Positions 38,849 to 47,816 of a stretch of DNA of 64,000 nt are shown piece by piece. This stretch comes from an uncultured Candidatus Saccharibacteria bacterium. GTDB taxonomy: Bacteria > Patescibacteriota > Minisyncoccia > Phycocordibacterales > WO2-35-19. A model generated the notes under the pieces. That model ran no database searches. It was not told the DNA's origin and saw only the letters and a program-made list of their open reading frames with translations. The first letter of the stretch is position 1. Each line of letters begins with the position of its first letter. A program made the position numbers and the translations under genes. The stretch lies in assembly GCA_964630525.1 (NCBI GenBank), contig CAZVUY010000005.1, positions 1,379-65,378 on the forward strand. The letters run 5' to 3'.

Positions 38849-39931
38849 GTGAGTTATAATTTACTCATGGAAAACAATGGTTCGACAAACTCACCACAAG
38901 GAACTATTCGCGCGGCGATCAATGGAGCAGGGAGGATCGGCCGAGCATTTTTGAAATTAGCTCAAAATAATCCAAGAATTGAAGTGGTAGCTATCAACGA
39001 CTTGGGCGAGATCGACAACATTGCCTACCTAATCAAATACGATACTGCTTATGGCGCTGCTCAGTTTGAAGTGAAAGTGAAGGAGGACAAAAAAGCTTTG
39101 ATTATTGGCGGCAAAGAGGTTGAGTTTCTTTCTGAAAAAAATCCGGGTGATCTGCCATGGAAATATTTGAATATCGACGTGGTGGTAGAGGCAAGCGGCG
39201 CTTTCACTAGTTTCAAAAAGGCCAAAGCTCATGTCGATGCTGGTGCCAAACGAGTGGTGATCACCGCCCCAGTCAAAGATGACCCGGCCGACGAAACTCA
39301 GGCTACTATTCTTATGGGTATCAATGACGATAAACTCAAATCTTGTATCGTAAGCTCCAATGCCTCTTGCACCACCAACGCCGGCTCACCCCTAATCCAG
39401 ATTTTGAATGAAAAAATCGGCATCGAAAAAGCTATTTTAAATACCGTGCATGGCTACACCGCCAGCCAATCTATCGTTGACGGTCCAAACAAAAAAGATT
39501 TCAAAGAGGGAAGGGCGGCGGCGCAAAATATTGTGCCCACTTCGACCGGAGCTGCGATCGCGGTGACCAAAGCAGTGCCAGACCTCACCAACAAATTTGA
39601 TGGTGTCTCCATGCGAGTGCCGGTAGTTGCTGGCTCAATCGCCGACGTTACCTTTATCGCCAAAAGAGAAACTAGTGTCGAAGAAATAAATAAAATTTTG
39701 AAGGAAGCAGCTAGCGAGGCTAGATGGCAGGGGATCTTCACCGTCACCGCAGACCCGATCGTCTCTTCTGACGTCATCGGCTCACTCTACGGCTCGATAG
39801 CCGACCTGGGACTCACTCGTGTCGTTGATAAAAATCTAGTCAAAGTCTGCGCCTGGTACGACAACGAGATGGGGTACACTTCGACTTTAATAAAACATGT
39901 GATAAAGGTCGGGGAGTATATCAACAAGTAA
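38849..39931 (+). CDS. gap: glyceraldehyde-3-phosphate dehydrogenase
   Basis: NAD motif INGAGRIGR and catalytic SNASCTTN. Confidence 0.9.
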   Translation: MSYNLLMENNGSTNSPQGTIRAAINGAGRIGRAFLKLAQNNPRIEVVAINDLGEIDNIAYLIKYDTAYGAAQFEVKVKEDKKALIIGGKEVEFLSEKNPGDLPWKYLNIDVVVEASGAFTSFKKAKAHVDAGAKRVVITAPVKDDPADETQATILMGINDDKLKSCIVSSNASCTTNAGSPLIQILNEKIGIEKAILNTVHGYTASQSIVDGPNKKDFKEGRAAAQNIVPTSTGAAIAVTKAVPDLTNKFDGVSMRVPVVAGSIADVTFIAKRETSVEEINKILKEAASEARWQGIFTVTADPIVSSDVIGSLYGSIADLGLTRVVDKNLVKVCAWYDNEMGYTSTLIKHVIKVGEYINK

Positions 39932-39941
39932 CTAATAACTG

Positions 39942-40325
39942 GTGAACATTAACCAAAAAGAAAATAATTTTAGGTTTTTAGGATGGAAAGTTTATGGGGA
40001 TGCAAAACAATTTGCTCATGCGAGTTTTAAGATAGTTAAAACACTTCCCAGAGAATACAGATTTGAAATCGGAAGTCAGATTATAAGGTCTAGTATATCT
40101 GTATCCTTAAATATTGCGGAGGGTTCCGGTAAAAATTCAGATAAAGACTTTAACCATTTTCTTAATATTTCTTCTGGTTCACTATTTGAGACGATAGCTT
40201 CATTTGATATTTTAAGAGATAATAAACTTATAACAGAAAGAGAATTTGAGGAATTAGTAGAGCTCGGTAACACAATCAGTGCTCAATTAGGAGGTTTTAA
40301 GAAAAAGTTAAAAGGTTATAGTTAA
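39942..40325 (+). CDS. four-helix-bundle protein (23S rRNA intervening-sequence protein family)
   Basis: VSLNIAEGSGKNSDKDFNHFLNISSGSLFE matches the family signature. Confidence 0.7.
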   Translation: MNINQKENNFRFLGWKVYGDAKQFAHASFKIVKTLPREYRFEIGSQIIRSSISVSLNIAEGSGKNSDKDFNHFLNISSGSLFETIASFDILRDNKLITEREFEELVELGNTISAQLGGFKKKLKGYS

Positions 40326-40337
40326 AGATTATTTGTT

Positions 40338-40841
40338 ATGACTGTTTATTTCGCGAGCGACCATGCTGGGTTTGAGATGAAAAATGAACTTTTGAAGTTT
40401 GTCAAAGAGCTTGGTTATGAAGTAGAAGATTGTGGTGCCTATAACTTTGATCCAAACGACGACTACCCAGAGTTTATAAAAAAAGCGGCCAAAGCAGTTT
40501 CCGAAAACCCAGACGATACGAAAGCTGTTATTTTGGGGGGTTCGGGGCAAGGGGAAGCGATAGTCGCTAATAGATTTAAAAATGTACGAGCAGTAGTACA
40601 TTATGGACATCATTTTAATTTGAATTCTCTTTGGTCACTTTTTCTGATTGATCTAGGGTTAGTTTGGAAACCATTTAAAATCCTAAAATTAACTAGGGAG
40701 CATAATGATGCGAATGTTTTGTCTATTGGTGCCAGGTTTATTTCTAAAAAAGAAGCCAAAGAAGCAGTCAAACTTTGGCTGGAAACACCTTTTTCCGGAG
40801 AAGAAAGGCACCGAAGAAGGATTGATCAGATCGACTCATAA
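40338..40841 (+). CDS. rpiB: ribose-5-phosphate isomerase B
   Basis: MTVYFASDHAGFEMK...ILGGSGQGEAIVANR. Contains an unusual hydrophobic insertion (HHFNLNSLWSLFLIDLGLVW). Confidence 0.8.
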   Translation: MTVYFASDHAGFEMKNELLKFVKELGYEVEDCGAYNFDPNDDYPEFIKKAAKAVSENPDDTKAVILGGSGQGEAIVANRFKNVRAVVHYGHHFNLNSLWSLFLIDLGLVWKPFKILKLTREHNDANVLSIGARFISKKEAKEAVKLWLETPFSGEERHRRRIDQIDS

Positions 40842-40925
40842 CTTAAAACAAATGACTATAACCAAAGATTTTTACCTTATTATTTGTTACTTGTTAAATG
40901 TTACAAGTTAATTGTTTAGTAATTT

Positions 40926-41597
40926 ATGAACGAAATTATTCCAGCTCTGATACCCCAAAATCTCAATATTGTCCGAGAAAAATTCGGCGAAATTTTGGGT
41001 TTAGCCAAAAAAGTACAGATCGATATCGTGGATGGAGAGTACGCCCCAGTCAAAAGTTGGCCAGTGATCGATAAAACCGACGACAGTCTCTATCGTTTTG
41101 GCCGGGGTGAAGACAAATTCCCATATATCGATGATTTCAAACTTGAAGTCGACCTGCTCGTCCTTCATCCGATCGAGTACATCTCCGAGCTTTTAGGAAT
41201 GGGCACTTCAAGTTTTGTGATCCATATCGACTCTACCGACCATGTGAAAGAATGTATCGAGACGATCAAAGGAGAGGAGCGAGAAGTTGGTATTGGGATC
41301 AAGCCTTCAGTCGACAGCGCACTTTTGGATCAATTTTTGTCTCAGATCGACTTCGTGCAATTCATGGGCAGCGATCGAGTAGGCTATAGTGGTGTTGAGC
41401 TCGACCCAATGGTTTATGACAAAATCCAAAAATTCTGCAAAATCCATCCTTCTATGCCAGTGCAAATAGATATCGGAGTAAACGAGGAAACCATACCCAA
41501 ACTCAAAGAAATCGGCGTCACTCGCTTCATCTCCAACTCTTCCATCTTCAACACTCCCAATCCCCGAGAAGCCCTCCAAAAACTCCAGAATTTATAG
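40926..41597 (+). CDS. ribulose-phosphate 3-epimerase-like (divergent)
   Basis: QIDIVDGEY, LLVLHP and VQFMGSDRVGYSG are loosely Rpe-like. Confidence 0.45.
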   Translation: MNEIIPALIPQNLNIVREKFGEILGLAKKVQIDIVDGEYAPVKSWPVIDKTDDSLYRFGRGEDKFPYIDDFKLEVDLLVLHPIEYISELLGMGTSSFVIHIDSTDHVKECIETIKGEEREVGIGIKPSVDSALLDQFLSQIDFVQFMGSDRVGYSGVELDPMVYDKIQKFCKIHPSMPVQIDIGVNEETIPKLKEIGVTRFISNSSIFNTPNPREALQKLQNL

Positions 41598-41606
41598 ACC
41601 CTCATT

Positions 41607-41918
41607 ATGAACAGAATAAGGTTTGTTACAAGTGATATCTATGGTTTTTTAAAATCTTTTGATGATCACTTGGTTACTAAAATATTTGGACTATTAGAAG
41701 CATTGGACCAGTTTGGCGTATATCTAAACCCAACAAGATTAAAGAAAATTAATAAAGATATCTATGAACTCCGAATCACCGGAAGGATTGCCATCAGAAT
41801 ATTTATAGTTTTTAAAAACGATATTGTTTATATATTGCATGCCTTTGTTAAGAAAAGCCAAAAGTTACCTAAAAAAGATCTAGAAATCGCTATCTCTAGG
41901 TTAAAATATTTGCAATAA
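41607..41918 (+). CDS. type II toxin-antitoxin system toxin, RelE/ParE (HigB-like) family
   Basis: KKINKDIYELRITGRIAIRIFIVFKNDIVYILHAFVKKSQKLP. Confidence 0.7.
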   Translation: MNRIRFVTSDIYGFLKSFDDHLVTKIFGLLEALDQFGVYLNPTRLKKINKDIYELRITGRIAIRIFIVFKNDIVYILHAFVKKSQKLPKKDLEIAISRLKYLQ

Positions 41919-41944
41919 GATAGCGTATTTGCTATCATTCAAGT

Positions 41945-42235
41945 ATGAAAAAAATAAACGTAAAAAACATGAAAACTCTGGAAGACTTCAAAAAGGAAAT
42001 ATTTAAAAGGCCTGGAGTTAGGAAAGCATACGAAGAAATGCAGCCAGAATTTGAGATTATCCGTAGCTTGGCTCGAGTTCGCATGGAGAAGAAGCTTAAC
42101 CAAAGACAGTTGGCAAAAAAAGTGGGAGTGACTCAGTCTGCTTTAGCACGATTTGAATCCGGCAAAGTTGATCCTCGACTTACTTTTCTTAAAAAAATCA
42201 CAGCTGGGCTTGGTTTGAAACTGATTGTAAAGTAA
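41945..42235 (+). CDS. HTH XRE-family antitoxin (HigA-like)
   Basis: HTH segment LNQRQLAKKVGVTQSALARFESGK directly downstream of the toxin gene. Confidence 0.7.
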   Translation: MKKINVKNMKTLEDFKKEIFKRPGVRKAYEEMQPEFEIIRSLARVRMEKKLNQRQLAKKVGVTQSALARFESGKVDPRLTFLKKITAGLGLKLIVK

Positions 42236-42344
42236 AATTACTTCATGCCTCCCCAATTTGAAAATAACGTCAAGCCAAATCCTCTCCACCTTCAAATTCA
42301 CAAAATGATTTTCAATTTTTGAATTTCAATTCTATAATGTAAGG

Positions 42345-43241
42345 GTGTTGCACCTCACAGATGAAAAAATAAAATGGTTGGAAGAGAAAGCGAATGAGAT
42401 TCGCCAATCGATCATTGAAATGTTGATCGAAGCGGGTAGTGGCCATAGCGCCGGGCCTTTGGGAATGGCCGATGTTTTTACCGCCCTCTATTTTTATATT
42501 TTGAAGCACGACCCGACCAACCCGATGTGGGAAGAGCGCGATCGGCTCGTCCTTTCCAACGGCCATATTTGCCCGGTTTACTACGCGACCTTGGCCCATG
42601 CTGGCTACCTCAAACTCGAAGAACTCAAAACCTTGCGCAAATTCGGTTCACGTTTGCAAGGCCACCCGCATCGAGAGTACCTGCCTTTCATCGAGACTTC
42701 TTCAGGGCCGCTCGGCTCTGGGCTTTCCCAGGCAGTCGGTATGTGCCTCGCCGATCGGATTGACAATGGTAAATATTCGCCAAAACAATTTTACTGTCTT
42801 CTGAGCGATGGGGAACTCGAAGAGGGCAATACTTGGGAAGCGGTAATGTTGGGAGCCAAAGAGCGATTGCAAAATCTGACTGTTTTTGTCGATCGCAACA
42901 ATATTCAGATAGAGGGCTATACCGAAGATATCATGCCGCTTGAACCACTCGCTGCCAAATGGGAATCCTTCAATTGGCATGTACAAATGATCGATGGCCA
43001 TGATTTCAACCAGATTGTCGGAGCGGTCGGTGAAGCTCAAGCGGTTTTCGATCGGCCATCGGTCATCTTGGCCAACACGATTCCCGGCAAAGGGGTTTCT
43101 TTCATGGAACGCCGCTTTGAATGGCACGGCAACCCACCAGGTAAAGGCCCGGAGGACGTAGTACCGAAAACCAAACAAGGCCGAGAAGCGTTGCGAGAAT
43201 TGCGTACGTTGCAGGGTAAGATAAAAAGTGAGCATGAGTAA
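42345..43241 (+). CDS. transketolase, N-terminal (TPP-binding) subunit
   Basis: GHSAGPLGMADVF, HICPVYYA and DGELEEG motifs. Confidence 0.9.
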   Translation: MLHLTDEKIKWLEEKANEIRQSIIEMLIEAGSGHSAGPLGMADVFTALYFYILKHDPTNPMWEERDRLVLSNGHICPVYYATLAHAGYLKLEELKTLRKFGSRLQGHPHREYLPFIETSSGPLGSGLSQAVGMCLADRIDNGKYSPKQFYCLLSDGELEEGNTWEAVMLGAKERLQNLTVFVDRNNIQIEGYTEDIMPLEPLAAKWESFNWHVQMIDGHDFNQIVGAVGEAQAVFDRPSVILANTIPGKGVSFMERRFEWHGNPPGKGPEDVVPKTKQGREALRELRTLQGKIKSEHE

Positions 43242-43274
43242 ACCTCACCCCCAACACCAGGAAGAAAAAAAATT

Positions 43275-44270
43275 ATGTTAAACAGAGAATTAAAACTAAA
43301 TCCAAAAATATTTGATACTGATGTGGAACAGCTACCGATCCGCAAAGGTTTTGGCGATGGTTTGGTGATCGCGGGAGACGAAAATCCGAACGTGGTCGGT
43401 CTTTGTGCTGACTTGACGGAAAGTACCCAGATGCACCTTTTTGCTCGCAAATACCCGCTCCGATTTGTCCAAGTCGGCGTCGCAGAACAAAACTTGGTGA
43501 CAGTGGCAAGTGGTATGGCCGCTATGGGCAAAGTTCCTTTCACTTCTTCTTATGCCATGTTTAGTCCGGGCCGCAATTGGGAACAGATCCGCACCACTAT
43601 TTGCTACAACGACCGCAAAGTAGTGATCGTCGGTAGCCACGCTGGCATTTCAGTCGGACCAGATGGTGGTACCCACCAAGCGATTGAGGATATCGCCATC
43701 ATGCGTGTTCTGCCCAACATGACGATACTCTCACCTTGCGACGCCATCGAAGCCAAGAAAGCTACTATCGAAGCGGCGCGGATCAAAGGGCCGGTTTACA
43801 TCCGTCTTGCCAGAGAGAAAACACCGATCATTACCACCGAAGAGACTCCTTTTGAAGTTGGTAAAGCGCAAATTTTCTTTGCCCCACCTATGACTGCTCA
43901 AGTGGGGATCATCGCGACCGGCGCCCTACTTCACAAAGCCATTCTGGTAGCCAAGATGTTTGCTGAAAAGGGAGTGGCCATAAAAGTTTTAAATATTGCA
44001 AGCATCCGCCCGCTCGATTTTGAAGCGATCAAAAACCTAGCCAAAGAGGCTGGGGCCATAATCAGTGTCGAAGAGCATCAGGTGGTCGGCGGTCTCGGCT
44101 CGGCAATAGCTGAAGTTTTGGCCCAAAATACTCCAGTCCCAATGGAAATGATCGGCGTCCATGACAAGTTCGGTCAATCCGGCACCCCAGAAGAATTGAT
44201 CGAGCATTATGGGATGGGGGTCTCCAGTATTGAAAAGGCAGTTGAGAGAGTTTTGGCTCGCAAAAAATAA
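43275..44270 (+). CDS. transketolase, C-terminal (pyrimidine-binding) subunit
   Basis: FGDGLVIAGDENPNVVGLCADL...AEQNLVTVASGMA. Confidence 0.9.
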   Translation: MLNRELKLNPKIFDTDVEQLPIRKGFGDGLVIAGDENPNVVGLCADLTESTQMHLFARKYPLRFVQVGVAEQNLVTVASGMAAMGKVPFTSSYAMFSPGRNWEQIRTTICYNDRKVVIVGSHAGISVGPDGGTHQAIEDIAIMRVLPNMTILSPCDAIEAKKATIEAARIKGPVYIRLAREKTPIITTEETPFEVGKAQIFFAPPMTAQVGIIATGALLHKAILVAKMFAEKGVAIKVLNIASIRPLDFEAIKNLAKEAGAIISVEEHQVVGGLGSAIAEVLAQNTPVPMEMIGVHDKFGQSGTPEELIEHYGMGVSSIEKAVERVLARKK

Positions 44271-44476
44271 TCCACAATTTTAAACATGAATTCATTTTTT
44301 ATTCATGTTATTTTTAATTTGAAAGGAGGTTCCACCCATGGTATGGGATGTAAAGGAGGTGATCCAGCCCTAATCGTGTTTGGTCTTCTTAGGCTTCTTT
44401 GTTTGGAGAGGAGGTGCCATCCAACCTTGTAGTCATGGGCTCGCGCAAAAGATCGGCTTGCGCGAGCCCCAAATTT

Positions 44477-45490
44477 TTACATAATCTTCTGAGGATAATA
44501 GTCTTGCGGAGCACTAGCCAAATGCTTCAAAATTTCTTCTTGAGTCAGTAAACCTTTTTGAGCGCCAACTTGTTGGACCACCGACATCGAGTTTACTGGC
44601 GACCAAAGAAAAGCATCAAAAAGAGATTTACCAAGAGCAATCACGGAAGTAAAAGTAGAAGCAAAAGCATCGCCAGCCCCAGTCCTTTCATAAGGAGGTT
44701 TTGGATCAGGGAAAGGCTTCATGAAATAACCTTCATAACCGTCATAACCATAAGCCCCTTTCGGCCCATCGGTAATCACAACCACGTTTGGCCCAAGACT
44801 ATGCATGCCTTGAAGCAAATTTTTGATATCTTGCTCATCCGGCTTTTCCAAGATCCTCCTCGCTTCGTCGGTGTTACAGAAGAAGATATCTGATCGGCTA
44901 TACAAATCTTTCAAAACTTCCTTGCCCATCTTCATTTGAAAAGTGCCTGGCTGAAAAGCGAGTCTGGTATCTTGATTTTGCCTTAAATATCCAACTAACT
45001 GTTGATGGTATTCTAGAGTCCCTTCACCTAAAGATGAAAGGTAAAGCCATTTTGGCTTACCAATGTCCGGCAAGTTATATTCGTATTCATGATGCTTAAT
45101 TAAAATAGTGCGTTCTTCTTCAAACCACAAAACATAGTGGTAATTTGTTTCTTTGTCTTTGTGGACCTTTACAAAATCAGTTGCCACACCATTTTTGTGC
45201 AAAGTGGCAATACATTCGTGACCATTGTGATCATCACCCAGATTGACCACGAGCGCCGAATCCAAACCAAGCCTAGCTGCCGCGACCGCCGCATTGGCCG
45301 AATTGCCGACCGCTCGCACTTCTTCCATAAATTCATATGGCACCTTGTCACCGAAACGCAAGATCAGCTCGCTTTTTTTGCCTTCTGGATCGCGATTCGC
45401 CTTGGCATCACGGAGTCGAATGAAAGCATCAGTGGTGATATCACCAATCGCCACGAAATCAAAATCCTTATGTCTATTGAAAAGATTCAT
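44477..45490 (-). CDS. PfkB-family carbohydrate kinase (ribokinase-like)
   Basis: C-terminal GAGDAFASTF ATP motif. Confidence 0.8.
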   Translation of the reverse strand: MNLFNRHKDFDFVAIGDITTDAFIRLRDAKANRDPEGKKSELILRFGDKVPYEFMEEVRAVGNSANAAVAAARLGLDSALVVNLGDDHNGHECIATLHKNGVATDFVKVHKDKETNYHYVLWFEEERTILIKHHEYEYNLPDIGKPKWLYLSSLGEGTLEYHQQLVGYLRQNQDTRLAFQPGTFQMKMGKEVLKDLYSRSDIFFCNTDEARRILEKPDEQDIKNLLQGMHSLGPNVVVITDGPKGAYGYDGYEGYFMKPFPDPKPPYERTGAGDAFASTFTSVIALGKSLFDAFLWSPVNSMSVVQQVGAQKGLLTQEEILKHLASAPQDYYPQKIM

Positions 45491-45597
45491 TCGAGAAAAA
45501 TAATTTATCTAAATTATACACTGCTTTCTTTTTTTAACTAAAAATTTTTCCTGTGTATAACTTTGTTTTGGAAAAAATAAGAGTTAATATGTAAAAT

Positions 45598-46005
45598 ATG
45601 TTGCCAAAAAAAGATTATAAGATTTGGACTCCAGAAAAGGAGAAATTGCATAATGGTGAAAATCCGCGTCCTGGATTTCACGAAAGGGAAATTTGGTATT
45701 GTCATTTAGGGGAGAACGCGGGGTTTGAACAGGATGGAAAAGGGGATAATTTCTTGAGACCAGTAATTATTTTAAGGAAATTCAATAATGAAATTTTGTG
45801 GGCTATTCCGCTTACTTCTGCACTCAAGGATTCATCATATTATTTTGCTGTATCTTTTGGAGAAGGAGAAAATATGAGAAAAAGTTCGGCAATCCTTTCG
45901 CAAATACGTCTCATTGACGCAAAGAGATTGGCCTATACCATTGGCGAAGTTGGTAAGGAAGAGTTTGAAGAATTAAAGAAAAAACTCAAGGATTTGATAC
46001 CTTGA
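45598..46005 (+). CDS. PemK/MazF-like toxin family protein (solitary)
   Basis: REIWYCHLGENAGFEQDGKGDNFLRPVIILRKF...IPLTS resembles the PemK/MazF pattern. No adjacent antitoxin ORF. Confidence 0.45.
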   Translation: MLPKKDYKIWTPEKEKLHNGENPRPGFHEREIWYCHLGENAGFEQDGKGDNFLRPVIILRKFNNEILWAIPLTSALKDSSYYFAVSFGEGENMRKSSAILSQIRLIDAKRLAYTIGEVGKEEFEELKKKLKDLIP

Positions 46006-46168
46006 GTTTTTTCTTTTTTTAACCTCCGCTTTCGCGGAGTCGGCCCGAAGGCATTTGTAAGTGCAGTATACACCCCTCTAAATTAAAGTCAATTAGGATG
46101 TCCATAGACTAAAAACTCTTATTTTAAGGCCTATATTTGATGTTTATATAGACAAAATGCCAAAAGTA

Positions 46169-46196
46169 TTGACTTTTATTGTTCTGAGTATAAGAT
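46169..46196 (+). promoter_or_regulatory. putative promoter
   Basis: TTGACT, a 16-nt spacer, then TAAGAT, about 20 nt upstream of the 46214 gene. Confidence 0.35.
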
Positions 46197-46213
46197 TGAA
46201 ATAGGAGTGCACA

Positions 46214-46696
46214 ATGGAAATCCTGACTGGAAAGTATATTAAAAGCTGGGCGGCAAAGTCTGTTCCGGCCAAGAATTACACGCTAATTGGCGTCAAGTTT
46301 AAGAAAAACAGAATCATGCCGGTTCTTGATGCCAATCTAAGTCATGACACTGGTGAACATTCACCTGTGTGGATGGTGTTCAATTACGGCGCCAAGATCG
46401 TCAACCATAAAAAGATTGAATTTGAAGACAGCTTGCAACCTTTCAAGCTTTTCTTTCCAGATGTAGCAGTTCCACTTAGCTACCTTTTTGCCGACTCTTC
46501 TAACCTCGAGCAAGCAATGCTTTCTCTGATGAATCTCCGGGCAAAGATCATGATTGAACGAATTTCTGACTATGATGAGACTGAGGAAAAGAGAGTCCAG
46601 ATCGTGTTGACCATCGGTGAATTCGTTACTGTAGCTACGTGTCCAATTTCAACGCTTTCCAGTTTTCTTGAAATCGAGCCGGAAACCGAAGAGTAA
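46214..46696 (+). CDS. hypothetical protein
   Basis: 160-aa ORF with GGAG upstream; no recognisable motif. Confidence 0.4.
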   Translation: MEILTGKYIKSWAAKSVPAKNYTLIGVKFKKNRIMPVLDANLSHDTGEHSPVWMVFNYGAKIVNHKKIEFEDSLQPFKLFFPDVAVPLSYLFADSSNLEQAMLSLMNLRAKIMIERISDYDETEEKRVQIVLTIGEFVTVATCPISTLSSFLEIEPETEE

Positions 46697-46924
46697 CAGT
46701 TAGCTCATAAAGAGAAAATTCTGGAATAGATATTGAAGGGCGGCCACACGGTCGCCTTTTTTGTTTACCCAACATAATCATAGTGAAATTGGGCTTGTCC
46801 ACATTCCGCAAGCCAATTTCATGCTAAAATAGGAGTATCAATTTAATATGGTTTGAGTTTGGTATCCTCTCTTGTTGTAAGAGAGGAATCACGAGATAGC
46901 GAGAAAGGTGAGTTATTTAAAGAT

Positions 46925-47785
46925 ATGAAAACATTACGAGAACACATTGCCGAGGCGGTGGAGAGGAAGGTCGCGATCGGCCATTTTAATATTTCGGACA
47001 GTCAGGGATTTTGGGCAGTGGTCAATGCGGCCAAAAATTTGAAATTGCCGGTGATCGTCGGCGTCTCAGAAGGCGAGCGCGACTTCATCGGTATCCAGCA
47101 AGTCAAAGCTTTAGTAGACAGTGTCAAAAATGAAGGGTACCCCGTTTTCTTGAATGCTGACCATACTTATTCGGTAGAAAGAGTGAAAGAGGTAGTGGAC
47201 GCCAATTTTGATGCGGTCATTATCGACGGCGCCGAAAAAAGTTTTGAAGAAAATCTAAAGATGACCAAAGAGTCAGTGGAATATGCCAGAAGTAAAAACC
47301 CGCAGATGCTCGTCGAAGCTGAGCTTGGCTTCATCGGCAAATCATCCAAAGTGCTCGATGCGATTCCAGAAGGTGCTGCTGCCTCCGAAAGCAATATGAC
47401 CAAGCCAGAAGAGGCGAGGGAATTCGTCGTCTCAACCGGTGTTGACTTGTTCGCTCCCGCAGTCGGTAATATTCACGGCATGATCAAAGGTGGAGACCCC
47501 AAATTAAACATAGAAAGAATAAAAGAAATAAAAGAAGCGGCGGGTATCCCACTCGTCCTGCACGGCGGATCGGGCAACACTGAAGATGAGTTCCGAGCGG
47601 CTATCGAAGCCGGTATCTCGATCGTCCATATCAATACCGAGATCAGGCTCGCTTATCGTCAAAGCCTCCAAAAAACCTTGGCCGAAAACCCCGACGAAGT
47701 AGCTCCTTACAAGTTCCTCCGACCAGCCGTCCAAGCCATGCAAGCCGTCATCGAGAAAAAACTCGCCCTCTTCAACAATTTGTAA
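46925..47785 (+). CDS. fba: class II fructose-bisphosphate aldolase
   Basis: GHFNISD, LNADH and HGGSG motifs. Start placed at MKTLREH. Confidence 0.85.
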   Translation: MKTLREHIAEAVERKVAIGHFNISDSQGFWAVVNAAKNLKLPVIVGVSEGERDFIGIQQVKALVDSVKNEGYPVFLNADHTYSVERVKEVVDANFDAVIIDGAEKSFEENLKMTKESVEYARSKNPQMLVEAELGFIGKSSKVLDAIPEGAAASESNMTKPEEAREFVVSTGVDLFAPAVGNIHGMIKGGDPKLNIERIKEIKEAAGIPLVLHGGSGNTEDEFRAAIEAGISIVHINTEIRLAYRQSLQKTLAENPDEVAPYKFLRPAVQAMQAVIEKKLALFNNL

Positions 47786-47816
47786 AAATAAAAATTCAAT
47801 TTGTTATAATTGAGAG

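Noticed and set aside
44330-44360. Possible 16S rRNA gene end (AAGGAGGTGATCCAGCC)
   Set aside because: Only about 17 nt match the 16S 3' terminus, and the adjacent sequence has no 16S similarity. It is reported instead as an SD-like motif cluster.
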